Shown here: piece after piece, positions 1 through 4,162 of the stretch | Numbering within the stretch: the first letter of the stretch is position 1 | Layout of the letters: each line of letters starts with the position of its first letter | DNA from: a virus | Lineage: Duplodnaviria; Heunggongvirae; Uroviricota; Caudoviricetes | Reading direction: 5' to 3' (one strand) | Length of the DNA stretch: 4,162 bases | Virus record (IMG/VR): IMGVR_UViG_2734482575_000003 | The notes under the pieces: generated by a model | The model's input: only the letters and a program-made list of their open reading frames with translations | Told to the model about the DNA's origin: nothing | Databases searched by the model: none | Program-made: the position numbers and the translations under genes

Positions 1-434
1 TACCGGACTCCTCCTGCGATCCCTTCTGATACTGTCATCAGCATTACGTCATCCTCCGTCATGTCCGCCACATCCGGGGAAGCGGGGATAACTTCATTCC
101 CGTCCGGGCCAAAGCGGACACCTCCGGCAAGCCCTGCCGCTTTCTGCATCAGCACATCATCTTCAGGCTCTTCGTCAGCCTCGCGCCGGTTCAGCAGACT
201 GAAATCCAGCGGATGCATCTCCGGATCGCTGAAAAACAGGCTGAGCACGGTGTACGTCAGCCCGGAAAAGTGCATATCCAGCAGAACATCATGAAAATAA
301 TGGGTACTGTAAAAGCGGTGCCAGTCGGCATACTCCGTGGATGACATCCCGGCAAGCATGGCGCGCCAGTCGGGTCGCCCCATCTCACGCGCCAGTTTCA
401 GGGCAAAACTCAGCTCACCGTCGAACACTTTCCC
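1..434 (-). CDS. T: Tail assembly chaperone G-T fusion, -1 frameshifted T portion; 3' end truncated by the window start (about 2 codons plus stop missing)
   Basis: Hand translation of the minus strand from the heptamer at 434-428 in the -1 frame gives GKVFDGELSFALKLAREMGRPDWRAMLAGMSSTEYADWHRFYSTHYFHDVLLDMHFSGLTYTVLSLFFSDPEMHPLDFSLLNRREADEEPEDDVLMQKAAGLAGGVRFGPDGNEVIPASPDVADMTEDDVMLMTVSEGIAGGVR with no stop through position 3. This matches my recollection of lambda gpT. It is absent from the ORF track because it has no start codon of its own. Confidence 0.85.
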
Positions 435-832
435 GCAGAAACAGGCTCTGCAGGCCCGGCGTCCTCTGCCTGTTCAGGAGCATCATTCACCACAAACTCA
501 TACATACCGGACAGCCGGTACACCACGTTTTCAGCATGAGAAATTGCCTCTGTGGGCCAGGTGGTAAGCACTTCCTGCTCAATCTGTTTAACGGCTTCAT
601 TCATGGACGGNNNNNNNNNNNNNNNNNNNNNNNNNNNNNNNNNNNNNNNNNNNNNNNNNNNNNNNNNNNNNNNNNNNNNNNNNNNNNNNNNNNNNNNNNN
701 NNNNNNNNNNNNNNNNNNNNNNNNNNNNNNNNNNNNNNNNNNNNNNNNNNNNNNNNNNNNNNNNNNNNNNNNNNNNNNNNNNNNNNNNNNNNNNNNNNNN
801 NNNNNNNNNNNNNNNNNNNNNNNNNNNNNNNN
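410..832 (-). CDS. G: Tail assembly chaperone G; start lies in the N block and is estimated assuming a 140-aa protein
   Basis: The visible 66 C-terminal residues (PSMNEAVKQIEQEVLTTWPTEAISHAENVVYRLSGMYEFVVNDAPEQAEDAGPAEPVSAGKCSTVS) match lambda gpG, ending in TGA at 412-410. The N-terminal extension shown in the ORF track (410..1045) is an artefact of reading through Ns. Confidence 0.75.
   Translation of the reverse strand, partial: XXXXXXXXXXXXXXXXXXXXXXXXXXXXXXXXXXXXXXXXXXXXXXXXXXXXXXXXXXXXXXXXXXXXXXXXXXPSMNEAVKQIEQEVLTTWPTEAISHAENVVYRLSGMYEFVVNDAPEQAEDAGPAEPVSAGKCSTVS
428..434 (-). promoter_or_regulatory. Programmed -1 ribosomal frameshift slippery heptamer G GGA AAG (G to G-T)
   Basis: Plus strand 428-434 is ctttccc, so the minus strand reads GGGAAAG, positioned as codons Gly-Lys 8 codons before the G stop (TGA at 412-410). 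The -1 frame downstream is open to the window edge and encodes the T homologue. Confidence 0.8.
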
Positions 833-972
833 NNNNNNNNNNNNNNNNNNNNNNNNNNNNNNNNNNNNNNNNNNNNNNNNNNNNNNNNNNNNNNNNNNNN
901 NNNNNNNNNNNNNNNNNNNNNNNNNNNNNNNNNNNNNNNNNNNNNNNNNNNNNNNNNNNNNNNNNNNNNNNN
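611..972. other. Masked or unsequenced block (362 N) covering the V 3' end, the V-G intergenic region and the G 5' end
   Basis: Continuous run of n characters in the sequence. Confidence 1.
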
Positions 973-1607
973 ATACCACTGACCGACACGGTGGCTTTTG
1001 TTTTATCCGCAGACACCGCACGGAAGCTCTTGTCGGTTGCGCCATCCGGCTGGAATGCCACGGTCAGCGTGGTGCTCTGCCCTTTCACTACGGAAGCACT
1101 GGCGGGTGTCACCGTCATGCCGGTCGTCGCCGTCACCGTGCTGCGATCTTCTGCCATCGACGGACGTCCCACATTGGTGACCTTCACCGTGCGGGTAATC
1201 ACCTCCTTCGCCGTCACCGCCTTACCGATACTGCTGACCCAGCCACGGAACACATCGACCGTGCCGTTCGGGAAGCGGATTTTATAGGCACGGGTATCAC
1301 CTTCATTAAACCACGCCAGCAGCGCCTGCTGCCCCTGCTCTCCGGGCATCCACGCCAGCGTGAAGCTGGTATCTCCGGCAGATTTCTGCCCCTGCCCGGT
1401 CGCAGTCCAGTCTGCATCTTCATCATCGAGATAGCTGTCGTCATAGGACTCAGCGGTCAGTTCGCCGGGCGTCAGGTCTTTAACTTTTGCCAGACGCGAC
1501 CAGTCAACGTCTGAAAGCGGGTTCGCATAAGGGTCACCGCTCCCCTTATAAACCCACAGGGTGGTCCCGGCACCTTTCACCGGCATTGTAGGATTTGGTA
1601 CAGGCAT
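867..1607 (-). CDS. V: Major tail tube protein V; 3' end lies in the N block and is estimated assuming 246 aa
   Basis: The minus-strand ATG at 1607-1605 is preceded by GAGGA that overlaps the U stop. Translation [50 protein letters not shown]... matches lambda gpV for the 211 visible codons, including the start of the C-terminal Ig-like (Big_2) region. The ORF-track start at 1637 ([10 protein letters not shown]) is an upstream extension that overlaps U. Confidence 0.85.
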
Positions 1608-1614
1608 AGCGTCC

Positions 1615-2010
1615 TCACATTTCATAGATAATGACATAAGTCAGATCGGCTGAACTCCACAGGCCCGCATCATCGTCGCGCCGGTAGTCATAGCCGCTGG
1701 CCACCATACTGGTGATCAAATCTGACAGTGCCGGGATATCGCTCATCACAGGATAAATCCGGGACTCCATCCACGAATCCAGCTCTGAATCCGGCACCTG
1801 AGCAGGCAGGAAAACTTCAATATGCAGCTCCGCCTGCCAGGTATCGCTGTCCAGCTCTTCGCCCGTGTATTCAGCGCCGGTGAGATAAACGGCAATTGCC
1901 GGAAAATCTTCCTCATCAAAAACAGCGGGGCGACCATCAAAAAGCGTCGCCCCGGTGTCATGCTTCTCCAGTGCATCCAGTACGGCTGCACGGAGTTCAG
2001 TATGTTTCAT
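1615..2010 (-). CDS. U: Tail terminator protein U (131 aa)
   Basis: Complete [39 protein letters not shown]...LTYVIIYEM matches lambda gpU in length and sequence. ATG at 2010-2008 overlaps the Z stop TGA at 2009-2007. Confidence 0.92.
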   Translation of the reverse strand: MKHTELRAAVLDALEKHDTGATLFDGRPAVFDEEDFPAIAVYLTGAEYTGEELDSDTWQAELHIEVFLPAQVPDSELDSWMESRIYPVMSDIPALSDLITSMVASGYDYRRDDDAGLWSSADLTYVIIYEM

Positions 2011-2585
2011 CGCTTTATTACCATCCTCAGTTGATGCTGCAGCGCATAGCCCAGCTCTTTCGGAAGACGTTCACGCCGTATCCGTTCAATATTCTGTTTA
2101 AACGCCGTGGTCAGCGGCACCGCCATCGGGATTTTCACCACATCAATGGGGTAACGGTTTTTCCCGGCCACACGCTGCATAACATGCCACCGGCCGTTTT
2201 TCAGTTGCTGAATAAACGCGCCGGGAATACGACGGTTACCCACCACAAGCACGCTGCCGCCACCTTTCAGGGATGAACGCTGCCCCTTTTTATGACGCCT
2301 GCGGCGGGACAGGACAACCCGCGCATTACCCAGCTTGATTACGGGCAAATCCCCCCGGTTAACTTTGATTCTGGCCTGCGGATTTTTGACCGTGGCCCTT
2401 TTCAGCCTGGCCCTTTCCTTTACCAGTTTCCGGCGTACCTTTGTCTCACGGGCAACCTGTGACGCAGANNNNNNNNNNNNNNNNNNNNNNNNNNNNNNNN
2501 NNNNNNNNNNNNNNNNNNNNNNNNNNNNNNNNNNNNNNNNNNNNNNNNNNNNNNNNNNNNNNNNNNNNNNNNNNNNNNNNNNNNN
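2007..2585 (-). CDS. Z: Tail completion protein Z; start lies in the N block and is estimated assuming 192 aa
   Basis: The 153 visible C-terminal residues (SASQVARETKVRRKLVKERARLKRATVKNPQARIKVNRGDLPVIKLGNARVV...[15 protein letters not shown]) match lambda gpZ. The stop TGA at 2009-2007 overlaps the U start. Confidence 0.8.
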   Translation of the reverse strand, partial: XXXXXXXXXXXXXXXXXXXXXXXXXXXXXXXXXXXXXXXSASQVARETKVRRKLVKERARLKRATVKNPQARIKVNRGDLPVIKLGNARVVLSRRRRHKKGQRSSLKGGGSVLVVGNRRIPGAFIQQLKNGRWHVMQRVAGKNRYPIDVVKIPMAVPLTTAFKQNIERIRRERLPKELGYALQHQLRMVIKR

Positions 2586-2760
2586 NNNNNNNNNNNNNNN
2601 NNNNNNNNNNNNNNNNNNNNNNNNNNNNNNNNNNNNNNNNNNNNNNNNNNNNNNNNNNNNNNNNNNNNNNNNNNNNNNNNNNNNNNNNNNNNNNNNNNNN
2701 NNNNNNNNNNNNNNNNNNNNNNNNNNNNNNNNNNNNNNNNNNNNNNNNNNNNNNNNNNNN
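2469..2760. other. Masked or unsequenced block (292 N) covering the FII 3' end, the FII-Z junction and the Z 5' end
   Basis: Continuous run of n characters in the sequence. Confidence 1.
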
Positions 2761-2967
2761 AGTCCGGACAAACAGGGACGGGCTGGAGCCTTCAACGCGC
2801 ACGCCCTGTCCGGCATAGCTGATATTTTCAGGGTCATCAAAAACACCACGTATCACCGCACCTGACTGCTCACCGGATGTCATGGTGGCTGACGTTCCCA
2901 TGTACCCGCGTATCGTTTCATCGGCGCGGGCAATGGCAGCATCGAACAGGTTATCGAAATCAGCCAC
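2614..2967 (-). CDS. FII: Head-tail joining protein FII; 3' end lies in the N block and is estimated assuming 117 aa; the start codon is GTG
   Basis: The 69 visible N-terminal codons (MADFDNLFDAAIARADETIRGYMGTSATMTSGEQSGAVIRGVFDDPENISYAGQGVRVEGSSPSLFVRT) match lambda gpFII. The initiation codon at 2967-2965 reads GTG on the minus strand, preceded by GGGAGG with a 4-nt spacer and lying 11 nt after the FI stop. Confidence 0.8.
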
Positions 2968-2978
2968 AGCGCCTCCCG

Positions 2979-3377
2979 TTATTGCATTCTGGCCAGGCCG
3001 CGCTCTGTCATTTCGGCTGCCACACCGGCAGAGACACGAAACGCCGTTCCCGGCAGCACAAATGCCACAGGTTTATCCCGCGTGGCGTGAAGTGCATCAG
3101 TATGCAGCGTCACCAGTGCCACGACCGTGACCAGTTCAGCCGTATCCTGAATCACGGTATCCGGCTGCGCTGATACCACCTCATTTTCATGCCCGGTCAG
3201 CACATTTTCCCGGCTGAGAGGGGTGTCCTGACCGGCAGTTTCATCCGTGTCATCAAGCTCTTCTTCCAGCTCTGCCACACGAAGCGCCAGTTCTTCTTTC
3301 GTTCCCGTCAAACTGACATCGCGGTTCAATTGCTCACCCAGCTCCTGAAGACGGGCAATCAGTTCATCTTTCGTCAT
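2979..3377 (-). CDS. FI: FI, DNA-packaging / head completion accessory protein (132 aa)
   Basis: The minus-strand ATG at 3377-3375 is preceded by GGAGGAG and followed by MTKDELIARLQELGEQLNRDVSLTGTKEELALRVAELEEELDD...AAEMTERGLARMQ, ending in TAA at 2981-2979. Length and sequence match lambda gpFI. The ORF-track start at 3416 is a 13-codon upstream extension lying inside the E-FI hairpin. Confidence 0.9.
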   Translation of the reverse strand: MTKDELIARLQELGEQLNRDVSLTGTKEELALRVAELEEELDDTDETAGQDTPLSRENVLTGHENEVVSAQPDTVIQDTAELVTVVALVTLHTDALHATRDKPVAFVLPGTAFRVSAGVAAEMTERGLARMQ

Positions 3378-3398
3378 GAACTCCTCCACAGAGAGAAA

Positions 3399-3416
3399 AT
3401 GGCCCCGAAGGGCCAT
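3399..3416 (-). promoter_or_regulatory. Intergenic RNA hairpin with a 7-bp GC-rich stem and UUCG tetraloop, immediately 3' of the E stop
   Basis: Plus strand 3399-3416 is ATGGCCC-CGAA-GGGCCAT, a perfect inverted repeat. On the minus-strand transcript it reads AUGGCCC-UUCG-GGGCCAU, a C(UUCG)G tetraloop motif. It is not followed by a U-tract, so it is not an obvious intrinsic terminator. Confidence 0.55.
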
Positions 3417-3418
3417 GA

Positions 3419-4162
3419 TTACGCCAGTTGAACGGACACGAACTCATCAGGATCAGCCAGCAGCATCAGCGGTGCTGACTGAATCATGGTGAACTCACGC
3501 GCCGGATCGCCGGTGGTCACCCAGTTTTTCGGGTAACGGGCAGAAGCGTTAATGCCTTCGCGCTGTGCGTCCGCATCCTGAATGCAGCCATAGGTGCGCA
3601 GACCGCGAGCCTGAGTGTTCCCCAGCACCATCGTGTTGTCCGGCAGGAAGTTCTTTTTGACGCCGTTTTCCACGTACTGTCCGGAATACACGACGATGGC
3701 CACATCGCCATACATTCCCTTATAGGACACCGCTTTGCCCAGGTCTTTTACCGCTGTCTCCAGCTCGGAATGAGAGCCGCGACGGGTATCCAGCTTCTCC
3801 TTGACGGCTTTGAAGGAACGGAACAGCGCCCAGCCTTTCGGGTCAAACACGATGATATTCACCACACCGCTGGCGTTCAGCGCGTAGGCTTCGATATCGT
3901 CGGTCGGGTCATACGTGGACTTGTCACGCTTGCTCCACTCCGTGACGCCGGACTGTGTGATGTTGTTCGCCGCACTGCGGCCCATATCCACCTCAACCGG
4001 ATCGAAGGCTTCACCGGTCATGGTGTATTTGCCCTTGAGCACGGCAGAAACTGCCTGCATCTCTTCGACCTGAGCAATGGCCAGCTCTTCGTCACGCATG
4101 TTCTGCATGATGATGCGACGGCGGCGGTAAGCCGGGTCCGCCAGATTCTGCGGATCTTCATC
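3419..4162 (-). CDS. E: Major capsid protein E, C-terminal 247 codons; the 5' end lies beyond the window end
   Basis: The minus-strand frame is open from the window edge (DEDPQNLADPAYRRRRIIMQNMRDEELAIAQVEEMQ...) to TAA at 3421-3419, ending ...MLLADPDEFVSVQLA. This matches lambda gpE (HK97-fold major capsid protein). The ORF-track start at 4108 is an internal Met. Confidence 0.93.
   Translation of the reverse strand, partial: DEDPQNLADPAYRRRRIIMQNMRDEELAIAQVEEMQAVSAVLKGKYTMTGEAFDPVEVDMGRSAANNITQSGVTEWSKRDKSTYDPTDDIEAYALNASGVVNIIVFDPKGWALFRSFKAVKEKLDTRRGSHSELETAVKDLGKAVSYKGMYGDVAIVVYSGQYVENGVKKNFLPDNTMVLGNTQARGLRTYGCIQDADAQREGINASARYPKNWVTTGDPAREFTMIQSAPLMLLADPDEFVSVQLA

Noticed and set aside
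410-2967. Long X-containing ORFs in the track (410..1045, 597..1637, 2007..2849, 2446..2967) taken as single genes
   Set aside because: N translates as X with no stops, so these artificially fuse across gene boundaries. Real boundaries were set from homologue lengths and the visible start and stop codons.
3378-3416. ATG at 3416 as the FI start (track ORF 2979..3416)
   Set aside because: The 13-codon extension has no Shine-Dalgarno, sits inside the hairpin stem 2 nt after the E stop, and is absent from the recalled gpFI N-terminus (MTKDELIARL). The ATG at 3377 has a strong GGAGGAG ribosome-binding site.
61-3431. Plus-strand ORFs from the track (61..294, 337..567, 341..982, 552..1514, 991..1287, 998..1180, 1822..2034, 1896..2276, 2335..2865, 2441..2818, 2877..3173, 2882..3130, 3189..3431)
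   Set aside because: All lie antisense to minus-strand genes with strong homologue matches. Their translations are low-complexity, Arg/His/Ser/Pro-rich, as expected for antisense readings of GC-rich coding DNA, and several exist only by reading through N runs.
1214-3711. Minus-strand internal ORFs 1214..1444, 1746..1991 and 3517..3711
   Set aside because: These are out-of-frame readings nested inside V, U and E respectively, with no independent ribosome-binding site or recognisable product.
1-4162. A novel defence or accessory system, CRISPR array, tRNA or mobile element in this window
   Set aside because: There are no direct-repeat/spacer periodicity, no tRNA-like cloverleaf candidates, no terminal inverted repeats or transposase-like ORFs, and no unassigned intergenic space longer than 41 nt in the readable sequence. 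The N blocks are too short, relative to the expected gene lengths, to hide an extra gene.

Overview
The whole window reads as the minus-strand copy of a bacteriophage lambda-type late morphogenetic operon. From high to low coordinate the genes are: the 3' two-thirds of major capsid E, then FI, FII, Z, U, V, G and the -1 frameshifted T part of the G-T fusion, which runs off the window start. Gene order, spacing (41 nt E-FI, 11 nt FI-FII, 4-nt ATGA overlap Z/U, 7 nt U-V) and the translated proteins match my recollection of lambda closely, so this is lambda itself or a very close lambdoid prophage. Two N-masked blocks (611-972 and 2469-2760) hide the V/G and FII/Z junctions; boundaries inside them are estimated from recalled lambda protein lengths. 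All visible coding capacity is accounted for by these homologues. I find no support in the readable sequence for a previously undescribed system; the most notable small-scale signals are the G-T slippery heptamer, a UUCG-tetraloop hairpin after E, and a GTG start on FII.
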